DNA of 64,000 nt from Candidatus Woesearchaeota archaeon (lineage in GTDB: Archaea; Nanobdellota; Nanobdellia; Pacearchaeales; GW2011-AR1). The stretch covers positions 10,904 to 74,903 of the forward strand of contig CAZETU010000005.1 in NCBI GenBank assembly GCA_964514585.1. Reading direction: 5' to 3'. This document shows positions 10,728-20,064 of the stretch, one piece after another. A program made the position numbers and the translations under genes. A model generated the notes under the pieces. It was not told the DNA's origin and did not search any database. It saw nothing but the letters and a program-made list of their open reading frames with translations. Position 1 is the first letter of the stretch; the number at the start of each line of letters is the position of its first letter.

Positions 10728-11798
10728 ATGAAGGAAAAAATTGCAATAATTTCTATATTTGTTAATCTTATTCTTGCATTTGGAAAAACTATTGTAGGAT
10801 TTTTTTCCAATTCTGCTTCAGTTTTAGCCGAAGGAATTCATTCAGGAATGGATGTTTTATCTTCAGCAATAAGCTTAATAGGAATAAAAATATCAAAAAA
10901 ACCTGTTGATGAAAAACATCCCTATGGCCATTATAAATTTGAAGTTTTTTCAGGTCTAATTATTACATTTATTTTATTTCTTGCAGGAATTTGGATGATT
11001 TATGAAGCATATAAGGGGCTTATAGATCCCAAAATAATGTCGATTAGTTATCTAGCATTAGGAATAATGTTATTGTCAGTAATCTTAAATGAGATTATGT
11101 CAAGATTGAAAATATACTACGGAAAAAAGGAAAATTCCTTGAGTCTTCTCTCAGACGGCGTTCATGACAGAATAGACGTTTATACTTCAATTGCAGTTTT
11201 AATTGGAATATTTTTAATGCCATATTGGATTTATGTAGACTCTATTTTAGCCTTCTTGATTGGGTTATATATTCTCAAAGAATCCTTTGAATTAGGGAAA
11301 GAGGCAACAGATTCCTTATTAGATGTATCAGCTGGAAAAGAGGTTGAAAATAAAATAAAATTAATTGTTGAAAAAAATAAAATAGAAATTGGTAAATTAA
11401 AAACTCAAAAAAAGGGCTCTATGATTACTGCAAATATAGAAATAAAATTAGACAAAGATATTATTGTAGAAAAAGCGACACAAATTTCTGAAAAATTAAA
11501 AAGAAATTTGGTAAATTCAATTGAATCCCTAGAATATGTTGTTATTCAAATCAGTACACACAATATAACAAATGTATCTTTTGAGCCAAAAAATATTGAT
11601 TCAAAAATTAGTTTTGGAAAGGGTTTTAAATGGCAACGAAAAGAAAGATTCAAAAACAAAGTAGAGGGAGCAGAAGGAAAGGGTCCAGAAGGGAACTGTG
11701 TTTGCCCCAAATGCAAATATAAACTAAAACATAAAAAAGGAATACCTTGTTCAAAAATTAAATGCCCAAAATGTAAAATTCAAATGGAGAGAGAATAA
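10728..11798 (+). CDS. Cation diffusion facilitator (FieF-like) with C-terminal Cys-rich zinc-ribbon extension
   Basis: AEGIHSGMD, KHPYGHYKFE, DGVHDRID; tail CVCPKC..H..GIPC..IKCPKC. Confidence 0.88.
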   Translation: MKEKIAIISIFVNLILAFGKTIVGFFSNSASVLAEGIHSGMDVLSSAISLIGIKISKKPVDEKHPYGHYKFEVFSGLIITFILFLAGIWMIYEAYKGLIDPKIMSISYLALGIMLLSVILNEIMSRLKIYYGKKENSLSLLSDGVHDRIDVYTSIAVLIGIFLMPYWIYVDSILAFLIGLYILKESFELGKEATDSLLDVSAGKEVENKIKLIVEKNKIEIGKLKTQKKGSMITANIEIKLDKDIIVEKATQISEKLKRNLVNSIESLEYVVIQISTHNITNVSFEPKNIDSKISFGKGFKWQRKERFKNKVEGAEGKGPEGNCVCPKCKYKLKHKKGIPCSKIKCPKCKIQMERE

Positions 11799-11799
11799 A

Positions 11800-12138
11800 A
11801 TGAAAATATTAATAGCAATAAACGAAAATAAAGGAGAAGACTCAGTTCTAAGCGAACACTTTGGACATTGTTCCCATTTTGCAATATACGAAAAAGAAAT
11901 TAATAACCTAGCAATCCTTGAAAATAAAATTGACCACTCAAATCAAGAACTAACTCCAGTAGATCAAATAATGAAATTTAACCCAGACATTGTTTTTACA
12001 TTAGGGGTAGGACAAAGAGCGATAAATCTATTCAATGAAAAAGGTATAAAAATCAAAACAGGAGAATACAAGACTGTTAAAGAGGTCATAGAAAATATAG
12101 AAAATCTTAAAGAATTAAATTCAAACTGCAACCATTAA
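11800..12138 (+). CDS. NifB/NifX (dinitrogenase FeMo-cofactor biosynthesis-like) family protein
   Basis: SEHFGHCSHFAIYE, GVGQRAINLF. Confidence 0.82.
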   Translation: MKILIAINENKGEDSVLSEHFGHCSHFAIYEKEINNLAILENKIDHSNQELTPVDQIMKFNPDIVFTLGVGQRAINLFNEKGIKIKTGEYKTVKEVIENIENLKELNSNCNH

Positions 12139-12139
12139 A

Positions 12140-12553
12140 ATGAAGCAATCAATGACTAAAGCCGCAAAAGGATTATGGAATGCCTTTCCCATGATTCTAG
12201 GAACAATTCTACTTATAAGTTTAATATCTGCAATAGTCCCGAAATCATTCTACACAACACTCTTTAGTAAAAACATACTTATAGATTCTATCATCGGAAG
12301 TTCAGTCGGCAGTATCTCCGCAGGAAACCCAATAACAAGTTACATCTTCGGAGGAGAAATGTTAAATCAGGGAATCGGTCTTCTGGCCGTCACAGCTTTT
12401 TTAGTCGCATGGGTCACGGTAGGAATAATACAACTTCCAGCAGAATCAACAATCTTAGGTAAAAAATTCGCAATATTAAGAAACATCACAGCTTTCATTT
12501 TATCAATCATCGTCGCGATAGTAACAGTATTAATTTTAGGAGTAATAGCATGA
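12140..12553 (+). CDS. Permease (DUF318/ArsP-like), first part
   Basis: Hydrophobic; GSISAGNPITSY, AFLVAWVTVG. Confidence 0.7.
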   Translation: MKQSMTKAAKGLWNAFPMILGTILLISLISAIVPKSFYTTLFSKNILIDSIIGSSVGSISAGNPITSYIFGGEMLNQGIGLLAVTAFLVAWVTVGIIQLPAESTILGKKFAILRNITAFILSIIVAIVTVLILGVIA

Positions 12554-13059
12554 AATTTAAAAACAAATTAAAAAAACTTCCAGGCTCTTGGTATTTTCTA
12601 GGAGCAATAATTTTTATTTATCTTCTACTCTCAATATTCAGTAAAGAAATTTATCTCAATAGTCTAAACTTTTTTGGACAAATCATCTATAAAATAATTC
12701 CTATTTTCATAATGGTATTCGTTTTAATGAGCTTATCAAATTATTTTATAACCCCAGAATTTGTAATAAAACACCTAAAAGAAAAAGGAATAAAAAAATG
12801 GTTCTATGTTATTCTAGGTGGAATAATTTCAAGCGGACCAATTTATATGTGGTATCCTCTTTTAGCAGACCTAAAAAACAAAGGATTAAACTACGGATTA
12901 ATAGCCTGCTTCTTGTACAATCGTGCAATAAAAATCCCACTACTCCCACTAGCAATTATATATTTTAGCTGGCAATACATTATTATCCTAACTTTAGTCA
13001 TGGTTGCCATATCCATAATACAAGGAATACTAATAAATAAAATCATGGAGGTTAAATAA
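12550..13059 (+). CDS. Permease (DUF318/ArsP-like), second part
   Basis: Hydrophobic; GIISSGPIYMWYPLL, FLYNRAIKIPLLP; ATGA overlap with previous gene. Confidence 0.7.
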   Translation: MKFKNKLKKLPGSWYFLGAIIFIYLLLSIFSKEIYLNSLNFFGQIIYKIIPIFIMVFVLMSLSNYFITPEFVIKHLKEKGIKKWFYVILGGIISSGPIYMWYPLLADLKNKGLNYGLIACFLYNRAIKIPLLPLAIIYFSWQYIIILTLVMVAISIIQGILINKIMEVK

Positions 13060-13352
13060 TGAAAATTGCTATAGCATCAGAAGGAAAAACAATTGATTCC
13101 GACATAAGCGAAAAAGGCGGAAGAGCACCCTACTATCTTATTTTTGAAAACAAAGAGCTCATAGAAGCCATAAAAAATCCTTTTGCAAGTGGAGGCGGAG
13201 GAGCAGGATTTTCCGTAGCATATATGTTGGCTGATAAAAAAGTCAACTTAACAATTGCAGGGAAAATTGGCGGAAATATGGAATCTGCTTTAAACGAAAA
13301 AGAAATAAGCTTTAAACAAGAATCAGGTAAAAAAGTTAAAGAAGTTATTTAA
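13059..13352 (+). CDS. NifB/NifX family protein
   Basis: MKIAIASEG, GGRAPYYLIF, NPFASGGGGAG, GKIGGNM. Confidence 0.82.
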   Translation: MKIAIASEGKTIDSDISEKGGRAPYYLIFENKELIEAIKNPFASGGGGAGFSVAYMLADKKVNLTIAGKIGGNMESALNEKEISFKQESGKKVKEVI

Positions 13353-13382
13353 AAGAAAATTTAACTAATTTTTTTTGATATA

Positions 13383-14015
13383 TCATTCATGATCATGATA
13401 ATATCCACATTTCTTACAAGGCCTCTTGATAAACAAAAGCGGAAAAACAATATCGCTAATACAACACGGCACAAGCACAGCGACGAAAACGACCAACGAA
13501 ATAATCAAGATAATCCAAATATTAATTCCACTACTAAAAGCCAAAAGATAAAACAAGCTCGCAAACACAGATAAAAAAACATGAAGTAAATGCGACAACT
13601 TAGATAATCCCAAAAAAATACCAACCAAAGAACCAATTATTGCAACTCCAATTATTAAGAAAGGTTCTTCAATCAATGGCAAATGAAAATGTGTATCAAG
13701 CATAAGTAAGTTCCCAGAAATCCAAGGAAAAATAACATCACTTAAAGTTCCAATCAAAATCGCACCAATAGTTCCAATCAAAACAGATTCTAAAAAAGAT
13801 TTTTTATACCTATGAAAAATTGTAGCAGTAGCGGCAGCAGAAACCAAAACATGAGCAGGATGCAATATCTCAAAAGCTGCCATATCAAAATCCCCAAGAC
13901 CACCTTTAACCAAAAAAATAATAGCAACCAAAACCGAAGCAACCAAACTCGCAACTAAAGTAAATGGTAAGTGATGCTTTAATTCTTTAATTATGGTATC
14001 AAATTTTGTCTTCAT
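13383..14015 (-). CDS. His/Cys-rich integral membrane protein
   Basis: ~6 TM; HHLPFT, HPAHV, HFH, HLLH, PCCISD, CKKCGYYHDHE. Confidence 0.7.
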   Translation of the reverse strand: MKTKFDTIIKELKHHLPFTLVASLVASVLVAIIFLVKGGLGDFDMAAFEILHPAHVLVSAAATATIFHRYKKSFLESVLIGTIGAILIGTLSDVIFPWISGNLLMLDTHFHLPLIEEPFLIIGVAIIGSLVGIFLGLSKLSHLLHVFLSVFASLFYLLAFSSGINIWIILIISLVVFVAVLVPCCISDIVFPLLFIKRPCKKCGYYHDHE

Positions 14016-14072
14016 TAAAAATCAAGAATAAAAGAGTTTTTATTGTTTTTGAAAAGGAAATTTAAATAAAAA

Positions 14073-14444
14073 TTATTTAAGTTTTCTCATCTTAGAATCT
14101 TTATAATAATATTCATCTAAAAACATCCCAGCACCTACTATAGCAGCATACCCTAACACTACAGTAGAAGCTCCAAATGCCAAAGGTGTCACAATTTGTC
14201 CTGCCACATATCCCACCTGCCCAAAAATTTCTTCTATTTGGGGTTGAAATCTATTAACTCTTTCTGCAGCAGAAAGTGCAGTTTCTATAGCCTCATCTAT
14301 AAATACTAACCCAACAGCACCTTGAAGTATAACCCTAATTGGCTTTTCTTTAATTCTATCAATTAATTTTTTTGTCATATAACTATTTTTAAAAATTTCA
14401 ACTATATAAAACTTTTTATTGTAACTATTATTAAAAAGTAACAA
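14073..14444 (-). CDS. Hypothetical membrane protein (true start probably the internal MTKKL)
   Basis: Two hydrophobic stretches. Confidence 0.5.
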   Translation of the reverse strand: MLLFNNSYNKKFYIVEIFKNSYMTKKLIDRIKEKPIRVILQGAVGLVFIDEAIETALSAAERVNRFQPQIEEIFGQVGYVAGQIVTPLAFGASTVVLGYAAIVGAGMFLDEYYYKDSKMRKLK

Positions 14445-14462
14445 AACAGATTATAGTAAACT

Positions 14463-16871
14463 TCATAAAAAATCCCCCAAACTAGTCTGCCTTTTTCCGT
14501 CGGCAACAGATTTAACATCAACCCCAAACACATCAAAAATATTCTCAACCGCCGGCAAAATCTGATTATTCATATAATATTTAATATCGTACTTTGACTT
14601 TTCCTCTGGCAAATAGACCCTATCCCCAATCCTCTTACTAGAACCCTCTCCAATATAGTATTCAATTAGCATCCCAGGATTAACAGGCACACCTTGAGCC
14701 ACCATTTTTTTCGCAGCAAGAACATGAGGTCCCTCAGCCACGTACTCACCCAACGGCCGACGCAACTGAGTCCGAATCATCAAATCATGCAAACCAACTT
14801 CCCGATTATTCAACTTCCTCACAACCTCTTTCAAAAGTTTCAAAGCATTCTCTTCATTCCCATCCTCCAAAATCTTTTTCAAAACCTCGCTTTGCAAATT
14901 CCGAGTCAACTTACACCAATCCCGTCTCACCGTCTCAAACCCACGAATCTTTATCTTGTTTTTCTCATCAAGCAACGCATACTTCTTCTTAGCTCCAGTC
15001 TCACTCCCTCTCTTCGAAACAAACAGTCCCCGAACATAAAAATCCTCAAGATCTAATTCCATAATACCAGGCAAATCATCATTAATCTTTTTCAAAAATT
15101 TTAAAATCTCATCCTTACTTTTATCACCCTGTAAAAACGCAATCGAATCCGTATCCCCATAAATAATTTTATAATCAGCATCCTTAATTATCCCAATCGC
15201 ATTCAAAATATTCTCTTTAGCAAACCGTGCCGTCGCTGCAGCAGCTTCTCGACAATAATACCTAGCTCCAAAAAATCCCTGATAACCATAAGCCGCATTC
15301 GCAAGCAACTTGTAAGCATTGCTCCGAGCCCGAAGCATCCCAGACGGATTCTTGGCAAACTCTTTCTTATGTTTCTTTCTCTTCTCAATAATATCAAGAA
15401 GCATCGTAGGAAAAAATCCAACATCCTTGGAGAAGTTCCCATTTTCTTCCAGCGTCGTCTTCGATAAATTATAAGTCACAATCACCGACGCATACATACT
15501 AGTAAAATCAAACATAACCAAATTCTCGTAAAGCCCAGGCGTCGGTTCAAAAACATAAGCACCCTCATACTTACCTCTAGCCTTCCTCTCCTCGCTCTCC
15601 CCATACATCGGCCGCTTCTCAACAATCTCATTATAATTATCCAAATTATGAATAAGATAATTCTCAACATGAGCCGACATTCTGTCACGCGTCACATCAA
15701 ACAAAGGCTCCCGAACAATCTTCGAAAACTCAACAACGTCAGGCCAAATCTTACGCGCAAGTTTATACGTCACAACAGAATCCTGCAAATTATAAGAGAA
15801 AAAATCCTTCCAATCATTATCCTTCATATTCGCCAACCTCTTAAAATCAAAATCCTCTTTCCTCTCCCCAACCAACTCACCAGCCACCTCATTCAAAGAC
15901 AAAGTCTCACTCTGCAAATACTGAGAAAAAACAGCATCGATAAAACGATACAAATCAACATGAACAATCCCAGAAATTTTCCCACTTGGAATTCTACCCC
16001 TCGCGAATACAGGACCCTTTCCGTCAACTCCCAAACCAAGCTTCACTCCATTAGTATGAGACGCCGCTTTCAAATAAGGCAAATCAAAACCATCACTAAA
16101 ATACCCAGTCAAAACATCCGGATCGTACTCATTAACCAACTCAACAAACCGCTCAATCATCGAACCCTCGTCCCCCCAAAACTCAACATACTCCGGCTTC
16201 TCCTTACATTTCTTCCACGTCAAAACTTTCTTCAGTCCCTCCCCATAAAGCGAAATCATCAAAATATCACCCTTCCCAATTTCTGTGCTATCAGTCTCAA
16301 TATCATACGCCAAAATCTTAGGCTCAAACCCCTCCTTATTTTTCATCGGTTCAATCTTAGTCGCACCAACGCAAACATCAATATTCAAAGCTCCAGCCAA
16401 ACCACCATAATCGCCAACATCCAAAACCTCGCCCTCAACAAAATGCCAACTCAAAGGATTCACACCTTTCTCTTTAATATACTTAGTAATCAAGGGAATA
16501 TCATACTCACGCCGAGACTTAATCTCCTCCATATCCCCAATCTCCGAAGCAATATCATGCGCATCCTTATGATTCGTAACAAAAACCCGAATAGCCTTAA
16601 CCTTCTTCCCCAAAAATTTCTTCCCCAAAATCTCAGTCTTCAAAACCGTAGTCTTCCGCCCAGCCTTCTCAGTCTCCAACTTTGAAATCTTATCAGCAAC
16701 TTCACTCGCCTTATCCTCAAACCCATTCTTCAAAACAACCCAAAAATTAGGCTCATAAGAGTCCACTACACAAATCTTCTTACCCTTACCATTCCGACCA
16801 ATCAACTTAACATAGTTCCGACCCTCAAAATCAAAATAGTCATAATCGACGGGAACAAACTCAAATCTCAT
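14463..16871 (-). CDS. polB: Family B DNA polymerase (archaeal), with C-terminal PIP box
   Basis: ExoI AYDIETD, ExoII SDGFDLPYL, PolA DFTSMYAS, PolB KLLANAAYGY, PolC YGDTDS; QTSLGDF. Confidence 0.96.
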   Translation of the reverse strand: MRFEFVPVDYDYFDFEGRNYVKLIGRNGKGKKICVVDSYEPNFWVVLKNGFEDKASEVADKISKLETEKAGRKTTVLKTEILGKKFLGKKVKAIRVFVTNHKDAHDIASEIGDMEEIKSRREYDIPLITKYIKEKGVNPLSWHFVEGEVLDVGDYGGLAGALNIDVCVGATKIEPMKNKEGFEPKILAYDIETDSTEIGKGDILMISLYGEGLKKVLTWKKCKEKPEYVEFWGDEGSMIERFVELVNEYDPDVLTGYFSDGFDLPYLKAASHTNGVKLGLGVDGKGPVFARGRIPSGKISGIVHVDLYRFIDAVFSQYLQSETLSLNEVAGELVGERKEDFDFKRLANMKDNDWKDFFSYNLQDSVVTYKLARKIWPDVVEFSKIVREPLFDVTRDRMSAHVENYLIHNLDNYNEIVEKRPMYGESEERKARGKYEGAYVFEPTPGLYENLVMFDFTSMYASVIVTYNLSKTTLEENGNFSKDVGFFPTMLLDIIEKRKKHKKEFAKNPSGMLRARSNAYKLLANAAYGYQGFFGARYYCREAAAATARFAKENILNAIGIIKDADYKIIYGDTDSIAFLQGDKSKDEILKFLKKINDDLPGIMELDLEDFYVRGLFVSKRGSETGAKKKYALLDEKNKIKIRGFETVRRDWCKLTRNLQSEVLKKILEDGNEENALKLLKEVVRKLNNREVGLHDLMIRTQLRRPLGEYVAEGPHVLAAKKMVAQGVPVNPGMLIEYYIGEGSSKRIGDRVYLPEEKSKYDIKYYMNNQILPAVENIFDVFGVDVKSVADGKRQTSLGDFL

Positions 16872-16980
16872 TTATAACAAAACCCAATCAACTTTATATT
16901 CTTTTTGAGATATACTGTTGTAACTACCATTAAGATACAACAAACAAAAAACTTATAAACACAAAAAATTTCTTTCAATT

Positions 16981-17145
16981 ATGAAAATAGATGATTATTC
17001 TTGCTATAAAGTTCAGCCAGTTAGTCGCGTCTATGAAACAGGCAATAATAGACCTCCAGAGCCACCTTATTTTAGACAAATTACCCCAACTAAATATGCA
17101 GATCCTTCAAGACAAGGTGATGGTCTCGTCAATTCTTTAGCATAA
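16981..17145 (+). CDS. Small Pro-rich hypothetical protein (54 aa, not in ORF track)
   Basis: MKIDDYSCYKVQPVSRVYETGNNRPPEPPYFRQITPTKYADPSRQGDGLVNSLA; TATA-like CTTATAAA upstream; TAATG overlap with next ORF. Confidence 0.5.
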   Translation: MKIDDYSCYKVQPVSRVYETGNNRPPEPPYFRQITPTKYADPSRQGDGLVNSLA

Positions 17146-17555
17146 TGGAAACTCCAATATACGGCAACTTAGACGAATTTGCAAAAAAAGTTCAATCATA
17201 CTCAGATTTTGCAACACGTCTTTGCAAACACTCCCAATCATTTAGTGTAGAAGTTTCATCCGGAATAAATTATTCAGAAGGACCGAGGGTCTTGTACGGT
17301 ATGCACATAGATGCAAAATCAGAAATGATCATAGGAATAAAATCCAGTGAAAACGTTTTTGCTATATATCACGATAGCACCCCGAGAAGCCACGATAGAG
17401 ATGTTAAACCATTCAACTTAGAAGAAGAAACAGAAAGTTTTGTAGCCGATGTAGCCAAAGCAATTCAAAAAACAGGCATGAGAACAAAAGTTAATGAATT
17501 AGAAATAGCCCTAGAGTTAGTTCCAGAATTAGCTCCTGTAACATCAAACCAATAA
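17145..17555 (+). CDS. Hypothetical protein
   Basis: 136-aa ORF between polB and fen. Confidence 0.55.
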   Translation: METPIYGNLDEFAKKVQSYSDFATRLCKHSQSFSVEVSSGINYSEGPRVLYGMHIDAKSEMIIGIKSSENVFAIYHDSTPRSHDRDVKPFNLEEETESFVADVAKAIQKTGMRTKVNELEIALELVPELAPVTSNQ

Positions 17556-17585
17556 TCTTATTAATTTCTTTCACATTCTCAAAAC

Positions 17586-18617
17586 ATGGGAGTCCAGATA
17601 TCAGAAATAATTCCAAGAAAAGAAATCACAATCTCAGACCTAAAAGGAAAAGTGCTAGCAATAGACGCGTACAACACACTCTACCAATTCTTAACAACAA
17701 TCCGCCAACCAGACGGCACGGCTCTTATGGACAAAGAAGGCAGAATAACTTCACACCTCTCAGGGCTTTTCTACCGAAACATAAACCTGCTCCAAGAAGG
17801 AATCAAACCAGTATACGTTTTTGACGGAATACCTCCCGAATTAAAACAAGAAGAAATAAAAAAACGAAAAGAAGCAAAAATAATTGCAGAACAAAAATAC
17901 GAAAAAGCAAAACTTTCAGAAGACATTCAAGAAATGAAAAAGTATTCTGGAAGGTTCGTAAAAATAACTGATGAAATTATTCAAGAAAGCAAAGACTTAC
18001 TACAAGCTATGGGTATACCCGTCATTCAAGCCCCAAGCGAAGGTGAAGCTGAGGCAGCCACACTTTGCAGAGCTAACAAAGTTTGGGCAGCAGCCTCTCA
18101 GGATTACGACGCCTTACTTTACGGAACCCCAATGTTAATCAGAAACCTAACTCTAGCCCGAAGAAAAAAATTACCCTCAGGAATTTTCGTCGACACAAAA
18201 ACAGAACTAATAGAATTCCAACAAGTCCTAAACCAACTCCAAATAGATAAAGACCAACTAATATGCCTAGCAATCCTCGTCGGAACAGACTACAATCCAG
18301 GAGGAGTCAGGGGCCTAGGTCAAAAAAGAGCATTAGAAATCGTGCAAAAATACAAATACCCAGTAGAAATATTCAAGCACGTCCAAGAACACGACAAATA
18401 CAACTTCGTCTTCGAATGGCAAGAAGTTTTCAAACAATTCCACGAATACGAGTCCTCATACGACGAACCAATAAATTTCCAAGAAGTCAACGAATCAAAA
18501 GTAAAAAAAATCCTACTCTCCCACGACTTCTCAGAAAATCGAATAGAATCAGGACTCCAAAAATTAAAAAAATTAACAGAGTCAAAAAAACAAAAAGGCC
18601 TAGGCGACTTCTTCTAA
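17586..18617 (+). CDS. fen: Flap endonuclease 1
   Basis: MGVQI, AIDAYNTLYQFL, VFDG, APSEGEAEAA, SQDYDALLYG, GTDYNPGG, PIP box QKGLGDFF. Confidence 0.96.
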   Translation: MGVQISEIIPRKEITISDLKGKVLAIDAYNTLYQFLTTIRQPDGTALMDKEGRITSHLSGLFYRNINLLQEGIKPVYVFDGIPPELKQEEIKKRKEAKIIAEQKYEKAKLSEDIQEMKKYSGRFVKITDEIIQESKDLLQAMGIPVIQAPSEGEAEAATLCRANKVWAAASQDYDALLYGTPMLIRNLTLARRKKLPSGIFVDTKTELIEFQQVLNQLQIDKDQLICLAILVGTDYNPGGVRGLGQKRALEIVQKYKYPVEIFKHVQEHDKYNFVFEWQEVFKQFHEYESSYDEPINFQEVNESKVKKILLSHDFSENRIESGLQKLKKLTESKKQKGLGDFF

Positions 18618-19585
18618 CCCCGCCAAATCAAAAACACAATATACAAAATATAAAACAAGACAAACACAATTCCATCTTTCCTTCTAAGTCCATGCCTCTT
18701 CCCCGTAAACATAAAAATAAACAATAAGAGAGTCGCGAAAAACATCACAGCAATATCAAACGAAACAAATGTTGGAATTAATATCGGTCTAATAAAAGGA
18801 ACAATTCCTAAGACCCACAAAATATTGAAAATATTACTACCAATAATGTTCCCAACAGCCAAGTCAACCTTATTCTTCAAAGCCGCAGAAACACAAACAA
18901 CTAACTCAGGCAATGAAGTCCCAAGTGCAATAATCGTAGCAGAAACCAAAAATTCACTAATCCCAAATTGAGTCGCCATAAAAACAGCCCCGTCCACTAC
19001 CCACCTACCACCAAAATAAATCCCAACCAACCCAACAACAAGCTTAATCAATATTTTCCAACCACCCTCAATAGTCTCCCTGTCCCCAAAATTCACAACC
19101 TTAGTCCGATCCTTCCTAGCCATCCTAACTATATGATACATAAAAACTCCAAACAAACAAAGAAAAATCATACCGTCAAACCGAGTCAAATAAAGGTTAA
19201 AATTACTAACACCAAAAAGCACCTTGTTAGAAAACACAAACAAAACAAAAGCCGCCAAAAGAGCAAAGGGAATTTCCCTCCAAATCGTCGCAGACTTCAG
19301 CTTAATATTCCTAACAATTGCAGTAACTCCAAGAGCAAGCAAAATATTAGAAATATTACTCCCAACAATACTACCAAAAGCAACCTGTTCAGCACCTTCC
19401 AACGACGCAAAAATATTAACAATCAACTCAGGCAAGCTAGTCCCAAAAGCAACAACCGTAAGCCCAACAACCATCGTAGAAATCCCAAACTTCTTAGCCA
19501 AAGACGACGAACTATCAATTATCAAGTCAGCTCCCTTAATCAAGCAATAAATCCCAAGCGCAAAAAGAAAATACGTCACCACCAT
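18614..19585 (-). CDS. Calcium/sodium antiporter (YrbG/CaCA family)
   Basis: Two alpha repeats GTSLPEL...GSNISNI and GTSLPEL...GSNIFNI. Confidence 0.92.
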   Translation of the reverse strand: MVVTYFLFALGIYCLIKGADLIIDSSSSLAKKFGISTMVVGLTVVAFGTSLPELIVNIFASLEGAEQVAFGSIVGSNISNILLALGVTAIVRNIKLKSATIWREIPFALLAAFVLFVFSNKVLFGVSNFNLYLTRFDGMIFLCLFGVFMYHIVRMARKDRTKVVNFGDRETIEGGWKILIKLVVGLVGIYFGGRWVVDGAVFMATQFGISEFLVSATIIALGTSLPELVVCVSAALKNKVDLAVGNIIGSNIFNILWVLGIVPFIRPILIPTFVSFDIAVMFFATLLLFIFMFTGKRHGLRRKDGIVFVLFYILYIVFLIWRG

Positions 19586-19633
19586 CCTACACCAAACATA
19601 AACTTATATAAAAGTTTAATCATTACTACATAC

Positions 19634-19849
19634 ATGATAATAGGACTACTTCTAGGGCTAAGTATTGCAGTCGCACTAGCTTCAGCCGGAATAATCATAA
19701 CAGGCTTAACCGGAGCCCTCCAAGAAAATATCGTTACAGGAGCCGTCATAGGCACCACAGGAGCCATATCCTACGCAGTCATCACATTAATTATCTCACT
19801 AGTTGCAGCATTCTTCTTGTCTCTAGTCCTCAAAAACCCAAGCCGATAA
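19634..19849 (+). CDS. Small 2-TM membrane protein (71 aa)
   Basis: MIIGLLLGLSIAVALASAG...LVLKNPSR; tail of the spurious 18968 ORF. Confidence 0.55.
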   Translation: MIIGLLLGLSIAVALASAGIIITGLTGALQENIVTGAVIGTTGAISYAVITLIISLVAAFFLSLVLKNPSR

Positions 19850-20038
19850 TTACAAATAATATATCTTAGCCTTTCCACTATCCTTAGACCTAATTTTCCC
19901 AAGGTCTACAAGACACCTAAGATAACCAAGAAGAACTGCTCGATTCATATTAGGCAACATCCTAGACAATTCCTTCTGAGTCAAAGGTTCCCCACTCTTT
20001 CTCAAATGAGAGATTATTTTTTGATTTATGGTTGGCAT
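19850..20038 (-). CDS. Winged-helix DNA-binding protein (62 aa)
   Basis: PLTQKELSRML..NRAVLLGYLRCLVDLGKIRSK wHTH; first 14 aa of the tracked ORF come from the IS end and spacer. Confidence 0.7.
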   Translation of the reverse strand: MPTINQKIISHLRKSGEPLTQKELSRMLPNMNRAVLLGYLRCLVDLGKIRSKDSGKAKIYYL

Positions 20039-20064
20039 ACGATATTGTAGACAATAGACTTTAA

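Noticed and set aside
17023-17034. TAGTCGCGTCTA resembling the 30289/33134 palindrome core
   Set aside because: Lies inside a small ORF and lacks paired arms
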